Notes: generated from the letters alone by a model not told the origin. DNA of 64,000 nt from Gemmatimonadota bacterium (GCA_965116475.1 OZ220691.1:3355077-3419076), one strand, 5' to 3'. Positions 43,694 to 54,755 are shown, counted from the stretch's first letter. Numbers and translations: made by a program.

Positions 43694-44548
43694 GTGACGT
43701 CGCCGGAGCGGCTCGGCTTCATCGGCCGGCTGAGGGCGCGGGCCGCCGCCCTCGAGCGGCGCATCGGCTTCCCGGAGGCGGACGAGCCGCGCACCGCGCT
43801 GGCGATTCGCCGGTTGCGGGAGGAGGGGTGGGTACGCCCGGTGGAGGTCCCCGCCGGCGCGGGCGGCCTCGAGGCTGCCGCGCAACGCCTCGCGGCGGGA
43901 GAGCTGGATGGGGTCGTGGCCGGCGCCGCGCATGCGACGGCCGACGTCATCCGCGCCGGGCTGCGGGTGGTCGGCCTGGCCGACGGCGTGGAAACGGTCT
44001 CCGCCGCCTTCTACATGGTGTTTCCCGAGCCCGGCGAACGGGTGCTCACGCTTACGGACGCGGCGGTCGTCCCGGCGCCGACCCCGGCCCAGATGGCGGA
44101 AAGCGCTTCTGCCGCCTGCGACGCGCACCGCGCCATCGCCGGAGAGGAACCGGTCGTCGCGTTTCTCTCATACTCCACGCTCGGCTCGGCGGCGGGGCCG
44201 GCGGTCGAGCATGTGCGAGAGGCGCTGGACATCTTCCGCCGCCGCCGACCGGACATCGCGGCGGAGGGTGAACTGCAGGCCGATGCCGCGCTCGTTCCGG
44301 AAGTCGCGGCGCTGAAGGCTCCCGGATCTCCGGTGGCCGGCCGCGCGAACCTGCTCGTCTTCCCCGGCCTCGATGCCGCGAACATCGCGTACAAGCTGCT
44401 CGAGCGACTTGCCGGCGCGCGCGCCCTGGGACCTGTCCTTCAGGGACTGCGGCGACCGCTGAACGACCTCTCCCGCGGCGCGTCCGTGTCCGATATCGTG
44501 GATGTCGCCTGCATCACGGCCCTCATGTCACCCGGGAGCGAAGGATGA
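43694..44548 (+). CDS. Phosphate acetyl/butyryltransferase family protein (PTA_PTB domain only)
   Basis: About 284 aa with ...RIGFPEADEPRTL..., ...SYSTLGS..., ...DAANIAYKLL... No ackA nearby. Confidence 0.6.
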   Translation: MTSPERLGFIGRLRARAAALERRIGFPEADEPRTALAIRRLREEGWVRPVEVPAGAGGLEAAAQRLAAGELDGVVAGAAHATADVIRAGLRVVGLADGVETVSAAFYMVFPEPGERVLTLTDAAVVPAPTPAQMAESASAACDAHRAIAGEEPVVAFLSYSTLGSAAGPAVEHVREALDIFRRRRPDIAAEGELQADAALVPEVAALKAPGSPVAGRANLLVFPGLDAANIAYKLLERLAGARALGPVLQGLRRPLNDLSRGASVSDIVDVACITALMSPGSEG

Positions 44549-44877
44549 CGTTTTCGATCGAAGCGCTGGGAGCCAATACCCTCGTCGCGGTGGGCGGCCA
44601 GCTCACGATCAACAACCGCGGCGAGTTCAAGGAACGCGTGCTCGCGCGTCTGGCGGTGGGAGACACCGACTTCGTGATAGATTTCACCGAGGCCGACTAC
44701 ATCGACTCCTCCGGCCTGGGGGTGCTCGTCAGTCTCTCCAAGCACATCCGCGACGCGGGGGGACGCCTGACGCTGACCGGACTGAACGAGGACCTTCAGC
44801 GGCTCTTCGCCCTGACGAGACTGGATTCGCTGTTCGAGATCGCCGAGTCCCGGGCAGCCGCGCTCGGCGAATCCTGA
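44545..44877 (+). CDS. STAS-domain anti-sigma factor antagonist (SpoIIAA/RsbV-like)
   Basis: DFTEADYIDSSGLGVLVS has the conserved phosphorylatable Ser context. Confidence 0.8.
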   Translation: MTFSIEALGANTLVAVGGQLTINNRGEFKERVLARLAVGDTDFVIDFTEADYIDSSGLGVLVSLSKHIRDAGGRLTLTGLNEDLQRLFALTRLDSLFEIAESRAAALGES

Positions 44878-44896
44878 CCGGAGCCGCGGCTCCGGT

Positions 44897-46702
44897 ATGA
44901 CGGACGGTGCTCCGGCCCGCATCCTGGTCCTCTCGAGCCGGCCGGACATTCTCCACGCCGTCGCGGCCGCGGCCGCGGAGATTGACCCCCCTCCCGAAGT
45001 CCGCGGGCTCTTCGGGCGCCCCCTGAAGGTGCTCCCAACGGATCTCATCCTGGTGGATGTCGCGGAGCCGCGGGCAACGATGCCGTATCTGCACCGGCGC
45101 TTCGGCGCCGCGTCGGCGCTGGTGGCGCTCATCGATGGAGCGTGGATCGACCGTCTGGGTTCGGCACTGGCCGAGGACTGGACCGACTACCTCTTTTATC
45201 CGCTCAACGCGGCCGAACTCGGGTTCGTGTGGCGGAAGCACACCTCGCCCGCGGAAGCGCCCGATCTCAACCTGGACGTCGACGAGTCGGGGCACATACG
45301 CGTCGTGTTTCCGTCGAGCGTGCGCTACCAGCGCGCCGTGGTGGAGAGGGTCGTCGTGGCATGCCGGCACCTTGCCGACCTGGATCGCGAGACGGCGTTC
45401 AGACTCCGGGTCGCGCTCGGCGAGGCCGTGGCCAATGCGATCATCTACGGGAGCGGCGACCGCCCCGGCGCCGTCGTGCGCGTCTCGGCGAGGGCGTACG
45501 CGGAGGGCCTGCGCGTGAAAGTCTCGGACGAGGGAAGCGGGTTCGATCCCGACGCCGTGCCGGATCCGGTCTCGGCGGAAGGTATCGGCCGGCCCCGGGG
45601 GCGCGGCCTCTTCCTTCTGAGGCAGCTCGCGGACGGCGTTGCGTTCAACGAGATCGGCAACAGGGTCACCCTCTCGTTCCGCGGCGCGCCGGATCCGCTC
45701 GTGAGGATCGAACCTCTCCTGCGACGCTTTGCCGATGTCACCGGTCTCAGATTCCGGCTCGACCGGCTGTTCGAGGACGGCTCGCAGGTGCTGTTCGACA
45801 GCTGGGAGGATGATGAGGAACCGAACGGCCCGCCGGAGGTTCGGGAGACGTGGCCGCTGGGCGATGCGGGACGGCTGCGCCTGGTCCACGAGCCGGCGAG
45901 CCGCGGCGATGACGCCGCGACGCTGCTCGCGGGCTGGATCGGGGCCGTGGCCGAGGGGGAGCAGTCGCGGGAGCGGCTCCTCGCGCGACGGTTGCGCCGG
46001 GAGCGGGTGCTGGCCGAGCTGGAGATCGCCCGCGACCTGCAACTGAAGCTCCTTCCGCCGCCCGAGGATTTCCGCGATCTCGGACGGATCGCGGCCCGCT
46101 GCGATCCGGCGCTCTCCCTGGGCGGCGACTTCTACTACCTCGTCCGGCTCGCCGGCGGTTGCCTGGGGGTCATGCTCGGCGACGTGAGTTCGCATGGCCC
46201 CTCCGCCGCGCTCATCATGGCCCGCACGCTGAGTGCCGTGGTCCTGGCGACGGGCGTGGAGGCCGAACCCGGGGCCGTCCTCGACGCCATGCACGGGCAG
46301 CTGCGCGCGGCGCTCGACGCGACCGAGATGTACATGACGCTCTTCTACGGCGTCATTGATCCCGGGCGCGGAGAGCTGCGCTACGCGAACGCGGGCCACC
46401 CGTACGCGTACCTGCTCGGATCGGACGGGGTCCGCCGTCTCACGGCGCTCGATCCCCCGGTCGGCGTGGCCTCGGTCCCGTCGTACCGGCAGACGCGGGT
46501 TCCGTCCGCGGGCGACACGCTGCTGGCGTTCACCGACGGCCTCGCGGAGCTGAGCGATCCCCTCGAGACGCCGGATGCGCGCGTGCGGAGACGGATCGAC
46601 CGTGGCGACCTCGATCCCGAGGTCCTCGTGGCGGCGCTCTTCGCGGACAGCGATGACGAGATGAGACTGGACGACCGGACGGCCGTCGCGGCTTCCCTGT
46701 GA
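44897..46702 (+). CDS. Fusion protein: degenerate receiver-like N-terminus + RsbW-like anti-sigma serine kinase (HATPase_c) + PP2C/SpoIIE phosphatase
   Basis: Middle region EAVANAIIYGSGD...VKVSDEGSGFDP (GHKL ATPase) and C-terminal PP2C (GGDFYY..., VMLGDVSSHG..., ...FTDGL...). The N-terminal about 120 aa is receiver-like but lacks the acidic pocket. Confidence 0.7.
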   Translation: MTDGAPARILVLSSRPDILHAVAAAAAEIDPPPEVRGLFGRPLKVLPTDLILVDVAEPRATMPYLHRRFGAASALVALIDGAWIDRLGSALAEDWTDYLFYPLNAAELGFVWRKHTSPAEAPDLNLDVDESGHIRVVFPSSVRYQRAVVERVVVACRHLADLDRETAFRLRVALGEAVANAIIYGSGDRPGAVVRVSARAYAEGLRVKVSDEGSGFDPDAVPDPVSAEGIGRPRGRGLFLLRQLADGVAFNEIGNRVTLSFRGAPDPLVRIEPLLRRFADVTGLRFRLDRLFEDGSQVLFDSWEDDEEPNGPPEVRETWPLGDAGRLRLVHEPASRGDDAATLLAGWIGAVAEGEQSRERLLARRLRRERVLAELEIARDLQLKLLPPPEDFRDLGRIAARCDPALSLGGDFYYLVRLAGGCLGVMLGDVSSHGPSAALIMARTLSAVVLATGVEAEPGAVLDAMHGQLRAALDATEMYMTLFYGVIDPGRGELRYANAGHPYAYLLGSDGVRRLTALDPPVGVASVPSYRQTRVPSAGDTLLAFTDGLAELSDPLETPDARVRRRIDRGDLDPEVLVAALFADSDDEMRLDDRTAVAASL

Positions 46703-47535
46703 CCTCCGGAAGGACCGAACGCCCCCGGCCGAAGCGCGCGCTCGGCCAGAACTTCCTCGTCGACCCGAACATCCAGCGCAAGATCGTGCGCGAACTCGAC
46801 CCGCAGCCCGCGGACGTCGTGCTCGAGGTCGGGCCGGGACACGGTGAACTGAGCCAGTACCTCGTCGGCTGTTGCCGCCGCCTCGTCCTCATCGAGAAGG
46901 ATCGCGATCTCGCCGGCGGGCTCCGCGAGCGCTGGGGGGATCGGCCGGACGTGGATGTGGTCGAAGGCGACGCGCTCCGCCTCGCACTGGCGGACTTCGT
47001 GCGGGGACCCGCTGCGGTGCGCGTGGTGTCGAACGTCCCCTACAACATCACGTCGCCGCTCGTCTTCGCCTTTCTCGAACTCGAGCCAGCCGCCATCCGC
47101 ATCGTGCTGACGGTGCAGAGGGAAGTGGCGGAGCGAATCGTCGCGCCGCCCGGTATCAAGGCGTACGGCGCGCTCTCGGTCGGGGTGCAGGCGACGGCGG
47201 AAGCGTCGCTCGCCTTCCGCGTGGGACGCCAGGCGTTCCGCCCCGTCCCGGCGGTCGATTCGGCGGTGGTGCGCCTGGAACCGCGGCCTGACGCCGCCGA
47301 GGTGGATCGCGCGGCGCTCAGGGCGCTGACGCGCGCGTGCTTCAACCGCCGGCGGAAGCAGCTCCAGAAGACGCTGCGCACGGCTCCCGAGCTGCGTTTT
47401 GCGGGAGATGCGGAGGCGGTACTGAGGCAACTCTCGATCGATCCCGCGGTGCGGCCCGAGATGCTGGATCCCCCCACTTTCGTGCGTCTGGCGGCGGCGC
47501 TTCAGGCCGGGCGAAGCGGGGGCGCGTCGCGTTGA
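46699..47535 (+). CDS. rsmA: 16S rRNA (adenine1518/1519-N6)-dimethyltransferase RsmA/KsgA
   Basis: LGQNFLVD..., LEVGPGHG, SNVPYNI. Confidence 0.85.
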   Translation: MTSGRTERPRPKRALGQNFLVDPNIQRKIVRELDPQPADVVLEVGPGHGELSQYLVGCCRRLVLIEKDRDLAGGLRERWGDRPDVDVVEGDALRLALADFVRGPAAVRVVSNVPYNITSPLVFAFLELEPAAIRIVLTVQREVAERIVAPPGIKAYGALSVGVQATAEASLAFRVGRQAFRPVPAVDSAVVRLEPRPDAAEVDRAALRALTRACFNRRRKQLQKTLRTAPELRFAGDAEAVLRQLSIDPAVRPEMLDPPTFVRLAAALQAGRSGGASR

Positions 47536-47563
47536 GTTGAGGACGGGCCGGCCCTATCTTGGT

Positions 47564-47581
47564 TTGTGAAACCTTTCACAA
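47564..47581. promoter_or_regulatory. Rex operator TTGTGAA-ACCT-TTCACAA (perfect Rex box) 8 nt upstream of rex start
   Basis: Read directly from the sequence. It matches the consensus TTGTGAA-N4-TTCACAA exactly and implies rex autoregulation. Confidence 0.7.
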
Positions 47582-47589
47582 GGGCGGGC

Positions 47590-48237
47590 ATGAGCGGCAG
47601 AATTTCCGATTCGACGGTTCGACGCCTCTCCCTGTATCTCCGCATGTTGCGCGACCTTGAGCGAGCCGGCGCGGAGTTCGTGTCCAGTGCCCAGCTTGCC
47701 GAACCCTCGGGGGCCACATCCGCCCAGGTCCGGAAAGACCTGAGCCACTTCGGCTCGTTCGGGAAACGCGGGCGGGGATACTCGGTCGAGGGGCTCGTGC
47801 GGGCGCTGGAGGAGATCCTCGGGCTCTCGCGCAGTTGGAGGATTGCGCTCGTGGGGGTCGGCAAGATCGGATCCGCGCTGTTGGGGTACGGGGGACTGGC
47901 GGCGCGCGGATTCGATGTCGTCGCGGCCTTCGATGTCGACGAAGCGAAGGTCGGGACACGGGCTTACGGGCTCCGGATTCTCCCCATGACGGACCTCCGG
48001 CCGGTTATCGCGGAGTGCGGGGCGGAGATCGGGGTCGTCGCGACCCCGACGGACGTGGCCGCCGAGATCGCCGCGGAACTCGGACGCGCGGGCGTGGGCG
48101 CGATCCTCAACTTCGCGCCGATCGAACTCTCCGAGGTGGACGGGGTGCCGATCCGGACCGTGGACATCGTGCTCGAACTCGAAGGCCTGAGCTACCTGAT
48201 GTCCGAGGCGGATCGGCGCGCAGGGAGCCACGCGTGA
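47590..48237 (+). CDS. rex: Redox-sensing transcriptional repressor Rex
   Basis: N-terminal wHTH (STVRRLSLYLRML) and Rossmann GVGKIGSAL. ATG at 47590 is chosen over the upstream GTG that would read through the Rex box. Confidence 0.85.
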   Translation: MSGRISDSTVRRLSLYLRMLRDLERAGAEFVSSAQLAEPSGATSAQVRKDLSHFGSFGKRGRGYSVEGLVRALEEILGLSRSWRIALVGVGKIGSALLGYGGLAARGFDVVAAFDVDEAKVGTRAYGLRILPMTDLRPVIAECGAEIGVVATPTDVAAEIAAELGRAGVGAILNFAPIELSEVDGVPIRTVDIVLELEGLSYLMSEADRRAGSHA

Positions 48238-49136
48238 CGGGGGTGCACTTCGCGCCCGACGGAGTGCTGGTGCGCAGGGCGCTACGCCGGCTCGAGGACG
48301 GTCCGCGTTCGTCCGTGGATCTCGCGGCCGAGGTGCTCGGCATGCGCGAGTGTCCGCCGGCCATGGCCCGCCGCCTCGTCGCGCAGTTGCTCGACGGGAT
48401 CCCCGAGGTGGCCCGCGATGGGCAGGGCGGCGATGCCTGGCGGCTGGCGGCGGGAGAGCGCCGAACCCGGAAGCCGGCGGCCAGGGGGCTGCACGACCTC
48501 CGATACGCGGTGGTAGACGTCGAGACGAACGGCGGCGTCGCGGAGAGGAACGGCCGGGTGGTCGAGATCGCGATCGTGGATGTGGATCGCGGCGCCATCG
48601 GCGGCTGCTATTCGACGCTCGTAGATGCCGGCGTGGCGATTCCGCCGTGGATCACCCGCCTCACCGGCATCCGCACGGAGATGACGCACGGTGCGCCCAG
48701 TTTCTCGCAGATCTGCGATCAGGTGCGCGGGCACCTGCGCGGCCGGGTTTTCGTCGCGCATAACGCGGCGTACGATTGGGGCTTCCTGCGCGCCGAGATG
48801 CGGCGGGCGGGGGCCGGCCTCCCGCGCGGACCGCGCCTGTGCACGGTCCACATGGCGCGCCGACTGCTACCGGGGCTCGAGCGTCGAGGCCTGGATTCGG
48901 TCGCACACTACTACGGGATCGAGATCCGCGAACGTCACCGCGCGCGGGGCGACGCGGTCGCGACGGCCCGTGTCCTGCTGCGCATGCTTGCGGACGCGGA
49001 GCGGCGGGGCTGGACGACGTGGCCCGCGCTCCGAAAGGCTCTCGGGCCGGTCTCGAACCGCCGGCGCGGCAGGCGGCGGGGCCGGCATTCCGAACGGCAA
49101 GAACACGCGAACGACGGCATGAGCGATGGAACATGA
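48234..49136 (+). CDS. DEDDh 3'-5' exonuclease (DNA polymerase III epsilon-like) with about 90-aa uncharacterised N-terminal domain
   Basis: Exo I AVVDVETNG, Exo II HNAAYDWGF, Exo III HRARGDA. The GTG start overlaps the rex stop. Confidence 0.7.
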   Translation: MTGVHFAPDGVLVRRALRRLEDGPRSSVDLAAEVLGMRECPPAMARRLVAQLLDGIPEVARDGQGGDAWRLAAGERRTRKPAARGLHDLRYAVVDVETNGGVAERNGRVVEIAIVDVDRGAIGGCYSTLVDAGVAIPPWITRLTGIRTEMTHGAPSFSQICDQVRGHLRGRVFVAHNAAYDWGFLRAEMRRAGAGLPRGPRLCTVHMARRLLPGLERRGLDSVAHYYGIEIRERHRARGDAVATARVLLRMLADAERRGWTTWPALRKALGPVSNRRRGRRRGRHSERQEHANDGMSDGT

Positions 49137-49176
49137 ACGTTGGCACATGAGCGATAAGAATAAGACATGAGCGATA
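49118..49176 (+). repeat. Four spaced copies of (C)ACATGA(GCGAT) forming a relay of overlapping ATGA stop/start mini-ORFs between the exonuclease and thiolase
   Basis: Copies at 49118-49127, 49131-49140, 49145-49154 and 49165-49174. The mini-ORFs are MNVGT* (49133-49150) and MSDKNKT* (49147-49170). Confidence 0.7.
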
Positions 49177-50378
49177 GCGACAGAATCCCGGTCATCGTCT
49201 CCGCGGCGCGGCTTCCCACGGGCCGCTTCATGGGCGGACTCTCCTCCCTCGCGGCCCCGGACCTCGGAGGTCTCGCGATCTCGGCGGCGGTCGACCGGGC
49301 CGGAGTCGACCCGGACGAGATCGACGACGTGATCATGGGGAACGTCGTGCAGGCGGGGGTCGGTCAGGCGCCCGCCCGCCAGGCGGCGATCCGCGGCGGG
49401 GTGCCCGTGACGGTCCCGGCCGTGACCGTGAACAAGGTTTGCGGCTCCGGTCTGAAGGCCGTCATGCTGGCGGCGCAGGCGATCAAGGCCGGCGACGCCC
49501 AGGTGGTGGTGGCCGGCGGGATGGAGTCGATGTCGAACGCCCCGTACCTCCTCCGCGGACACCGGGAGGGGGTGAAGTTCGGAGACCGCTCGCTCGTCGA
49601 CGGACTCATACACGACGGCCTGTGGTGCGCCTTCGGTACGTGCCACATGGGCGGTCACGCCGAGTACACCGCCCACAAGGCGGGCGTGAGCCGCGAGGAC
49701 CAGGACGCCTACGCGCTCGGCAGCCACGAGAAGGCGATCCGTGCGATCGATGCCGGGGAATTCGCCGCGGAAGTCGTCCCCGTCCACATCGAGACCCGCA
49801 AGGGGACCGTGACGATCGACGCGGACGAGCCGCCGCGGCGCGGCACGTCGCTCGAGGCGCTCGCGAGGCTGAGGCCCGCCTTCGCGGGCGATGCGCCCCC
49901 GGAGGTGACCGAACCCAGCGTCACGGCCGGGAACGCGCCCGGCCTCAACGACGGGGGCGCGGCCACGGTCGTCGCCTCCGAGGCGTACGCCGCCGCGCAC
50001 GGCCTTCCGGTCCTGGGTCGCATCCGGGCCTATTCCGTGGGGGCGACGGCGCCCCGCGATCTCTTCTTCGCGCCCGTCGCGGCCGTGCGGAAGCTCATGA
50101 CGCTCGACGGGACGGTCGTCGCCGACTACGGACTGGTGGAGATGAACGAGGCGTTCGCGGTGCAGTGTCTCGCGGATGCCCGCGAACTGGGCCTGGATCT
50201 CGATCGTGTTAACGTCCGCGGCGGGGCGATCGCCCTCGGCCACCCGATCGGGGCCTCGGGGGCGAAGATCCTCACGACGCTCCTCCATGCCATGCGCGAC
50301 CGTGACGTCGAGCGCGGGATGGCCACCCTGTGTCTCGGCGGGGGGAACGCCGTCGCGCTGAGCGTGGAGCGCCGGTGA
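49167..50378 (+). CDS. Acetyl-CoA C-acetyltransferase (thiolase II)
   Basis: VNKVCGSGLKA (active-site Cys) and C-terminal GGGNAVAL...CLGGG. Confidence 0.9.
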   Translation: MSDSDRIPVIVSAARLPTGRFMGGLSSLAAPDLGGLAISAAVDRAGVDPDEIDDVIMGNVVQAGVGQAPARQAAIRGGVPVTVPAVTVNKVCGSGLKAVMLAAQAIKAGDAQVVVAGGMESMSNAPYLLRGHREGVKFGDRSLVDGLIHDGLWCAFGTCHMGGHAEYTAHKAGVSREDQDAYALGSHEKAIRAIDAGEFAAEVVPVHIETRKGTVTIDADEPPRRGTSLEALARLRPAFAGDAPPEVTEPSVTAGNAPGLNDGGAATVVASEAYAAAHGLPVLGRIRAYSVGATAPRDLFFAPVAAVRKLMTLDGTVVADYGLVEMNEAFAVQCLADARELGLDLDRVNVRGGAIALGHPIGASGAKILTTLLHAMRDRDVERGMATLCLGGGNAVALSVERR

Positions 50379-51296
50379 ACGTGAAGCCCGAAGGCTGGGC
50401 CTGGGCCGGGAGGCTGGCGGCATTCGCCGGTCTCTTCATCGCCTTCGGGCTCGTGTTCGGATTCGCGGCCGCCGCTTTCGCCGGCCTTCCGGACGCCGAG
50501 GCGCTGGCCGTCGACTGGTGGACCGTCGCGCCCGTGCTGCTCGCGGCGTGTGCGGCCACCGCGGTGCTGGCCGTCGGCATCGACAGGCGTCCCCTGTCCG
50601 CGCTCGGCTTGAGGGGCGGGCTTCCCGGCCTCGAGGAACTCGGTGCCGGCGTGCTGGCGGGACTTGTGATCATCGGCGCCGCCATCCTTGCCGTGGCCGC
50701 GCCGGGCTGGGTTTCATGGACCGTGTCAACCGTACCGGTCCTCGAGGGGGTGAAGGTCTCGGCGCTCCTGCTGGCGGCCGCGTTTACGGAGGAACTCCTT
50801 TTTCGGGGGTATCCCTTTCGCGTCCTCCACGTCCGCTTCGGCCCCGTTCCCGCCGTGGTCGCGACCTCGGTGGCGTTCGGACTCATGCACGGGGCCAACC
50901 CGGGGGTAACGCCGCTGGCGCTGGTCAACCTGACCCTCGCTGGCGTGCTGCTCGGCGTGGCCTACTGGCGTTCGGGCAGCCTCTGGTTCGTCACGGGCGT
51001 CCACTTCGGCTGGAACTGGGTCATGGCGGCGAGCGGCCTGCCCGTGAGCGGGCTCGACGTGTCGATCTCCGGCCTCGAAGCCTCCGTCACGGGTCCCGTG
51101 CTGTGGACTGGCGGCACCTTCGGGCCCGAGGGTGCGCTGGGCATCACGTTCGTGACCGCGCTTGGAACCGTCTGGTTGTGGCGGGTGGCGGGGTCCCGAA
51201 GCCGCTCCGGTTCCCGGTCGTCGACGAAGGGCAGTCCCGCCGACAGTCTCGCCGACAACCTCGCCGACGATCTCGCCGACAATGATGGGAGGCTCG

Positions 51297-51310
<14 letters not shown>
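50375..51310 (+). CDS. CPBP family intramembrane glutamic endopeptidase (CAAX protease / Abi domain)
   Basis: EELLFRG, FGLMHG and ...GVHFGWN... motifs. Acidic/Ser-rich C-terminal tail with (ADxL)4 repeats. GTG start assumed. Confidence 0.7.
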
Positions 51311-52159
<849 letters not shown>

Positions 52160-52163
<4 letters not shown>

Positions 52164-53353
52164 TGACCGGCCGCCGCGCCTGGTCCGGCCTCCAACTCTC
52201 ATCCGATGCGGAACAGATCCTCACGCTCGCGCGCCAGTTCGCGAAGGAGCGGTTGCAGCCCACGGCCGAAGCCCGGGACGCGAACGAGGACCGCTTCGAT
52301 GCGGAGGTCCACCGCGAACTGGGGGAGCTCGGCTTTCTCGCCATGCGGGTGCCGGAACGGTACGACGGTCTCGGGCTCGACCTCGTCACGTACCTCTACG
52401 TGCTGGAGGAACTCGCCTGGGGAGATGCGGGGGTCGCCGTCTCCGTCAGCATCCACAACTCGCTCCCGGTTTCGATCCTCCTTCGCCGGGGAAGCGAGGC
52501 ACAACGGGAGACGTGGCTCCCCAGGATGGCCAGCGGAGAAGTGCTGGGCGCCTTTTCCCTCTCCGAAGCCGGCGCCGGCACGGACGCCGCGGCGCTGCGC
52601 ACGCAGGCCACGCGCACCGAGGGCGGCTGGATTCTCAACGGCGAGAAGATGTGGGTGACGAACGGCGCGGCCGCGGATGTCGTGCTGACCTTCGCCCGGA
52701 CGGACACCGCGGAGGACCGGCGAGGGTCGCGCGGCATCGGCGCCTTCCTTCTGCCCCGCGGCACGGACGGACTGTCGGTCGGCAGGAAAGAGAGAAAGAT
52801 GGGGCAGCGCGGTTCGGAAACGGTCGCTTTGTCCCTGAAGAATGTGTTTTTGCCACAGGAACTTATGGTAGGAGAGGTAAACCGGGGCTTCAGCTATGCG
52901 CTCGAAGGCCTCGAGGCGGGCCGCCTCGGCATCGCGGCCCAGGCTCTCGGCATCGCCTCGGCCGCCGTCGACGCCGCGTTCGAATACGCGAATACGCGGC
53001 GCCAGTTCGGGAGTTCGCTGCGGGAGTTTCAGGGGATGGAATTCAAGCTCGGCGACATGGTGACCCGCCTCGAGGCTGCGCGGGGCCTGCTCGAACGTGC
53101 GGCCGCCGCGCACACCCTGGGGGACCCGCGGGCGCGCCGCCTCTCGAGCGTGGCCAAGTTGTTCGCGAGCGAGACCGCGATGACGAACGCCCGCGAGGCG
53201 GTTCAGGTGTTCGGGGGCTACGGGTACTCGCGGGAATATCCCGTGGAACGTCTGTTCCGGGACGCGAAGGTCACCGAGATCTACGAGGGAGCCAACGAAA
53301 TGCACCGCAGCCTGATCGCGCGGCAACTCTACAGAGAGAGGGGATACGTGTGA
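52160..53353 (+). CDS. Acyl-CoA dehydrogenase (short-chain/butyryl-CoA type)
   Basis: ...WITNG-like WVTNG, ...QVFGGYGY... and a catalytic Glu region near the C-terminus. Confidence 0.85.
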
Positions 53354-54660
53354 GAGCGAAGGCGGAACCTGGAGCCGGCGGCGCCCTGGACCCGCGCCCG
53401 CTCCGCGAGATGGATCCCGCGGTGGCGGCCTCGATCGACCGGGAGCTCAAGAGACAGCGTACGGGTCTCGAGCTGATCGCGAGCGAGAACTTCGTTTCCC
53501 GGGGGGTCCTCGAGGCGACCGGCTGCGTGATGACGAACAAGTATGCGGAGGGCTATCCCGGGCGCCGCTACTACGGCGGCTGCGAGTTCGTGGACGAGGT
53601 CGAGAACCTCGCCCGCGAGCGCGCGCGGCGACTGTTCGGGGCGGACCACAGCAACGTCCAGGCGCACAGCGGTTCGGGCGCGAACATGACCGCGCTCCAG
53701 GCGCTCACTGAACCCGGGGCGACACTCCTCGGGATGGATCTCTCGCACGGGGGGCACCTGACGCACGGTTCGCAGGTCAACTTCTCCGGTCTCTGGTACC
53801 GGGTCGTCCCCTACGGGGTGCGAGCCTCGGACCGGACGATCGACTACGACGCGCTCCGGGCGACGGCGCTCGAGGTGCGCCCCACGGTCATCATCGCCGG
53901 GGCCAGCGCCTACCCCCGCCGGATCGATTTCGAGCGCTTCGCGGAAATCGCCGACGAGTGCGGGGCGCGGGTCCTCGTGGACATGGCGCACATCGCCGGC
54001 CTCGTGGCGACCGGACACCACCCATCCCCGGTGCCGCACGCGGATGTCGTGACGACGACGACGCACAAGACGCTGCGCGGACCGCGGGGAGGGCTCATCC
54101 TGTGCCGCGACGAGCACGCGAAGGCGGTCGACAAGGCGGTGTTCCCCGGACTCCAGGGCGGTCCCCTGATGCACGTGATCGCCGCGAAGGCGGTTGCGCT
54201 CGGGGAGGCGCTGCGCCCGGGGTTCGGCGAGTACTCGGATCTCGTCGTGCGAAACGCCCGCGCCCTTGGACGGCGGCTCGCCGAACACGGCTATGATCTC
54301 GTCGCTGGCGGGACGGATACGCACCTCCTCCTCGTGGACCTCCGGACGACGGATCTGACGGGCAAGGATGCGGAGGCCCTCCTGGGTCGGGCGGGCATTA
54401 CCGTCAACAAGAACACCGTGCCGTTCGAAACCCGCTCGCCCTTCGTGGCGTCCGGCATCAGGATCGGGACGGCGGCCGTGTCGACCCGTTCCATGGGCGA
54501 GAACGAAATGGAGCGAATCGCCGATCTCATGCACCGCGCGCTGCGCTCGGAAGCCGATGACGCGACGCTTTCGGCGGTGGACTCCGAGGTCCGGGCGCTG
54601 TGCGAGGATTTCCCGCTCTATCCCGAGAATGACGGCGTTCACCGGGAGGGCGTAGCTTGA
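53350..54660 (+). CDS. glyA: Serine hydroxymethyltransferase
   Basis: [37 protein letters not shown]. Confidence 0.9.
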   Translation: MRAKAEPGAGGALDPRPLREMDPAVAASIDRELKRQRTGLELIASENFVSRGVLEATGCVMTNKYAEGYPGRRYYGGCEFVDEVENLARERARRLFGADHSNVQAHSGSGANMTALQALTEPGATLLGMDLSHGGHLTHGSQVNFSGLWYRVVPYGVRASDRTIDYDALRATALEVRPTVIIAGASAYPRRIDFERFAEIADECGARVLVDMAHIAGLVATGHHPSPVPHADVVTTTTHKTLRGPRGGLILCRDEHAKAVDKAVFPGLQGGPLMHVIAAKAVALGEALRPGFGEYSDLVVRNARALGRRLAEHGYDLVAGGTDTHLLLVDLRTTDLTGKDAEALLGRAGITVNKNTVPFETRSPFVASGIRIGTAAVSTRSMGENEMERIADLMHRALRSEADDATLSAVDSEVRALCEDFPLYPENDGVHREGVA

Positions 54661-54755
54661 CGCCAACTTTTTCCCCCGTCTAACTTTGCCGTTCATGCCC
54701 TTGCGGGCGGTGCGCATGACGGCCGGGAAAGGGGCCTGGGACGAGGTGAGTAGAG

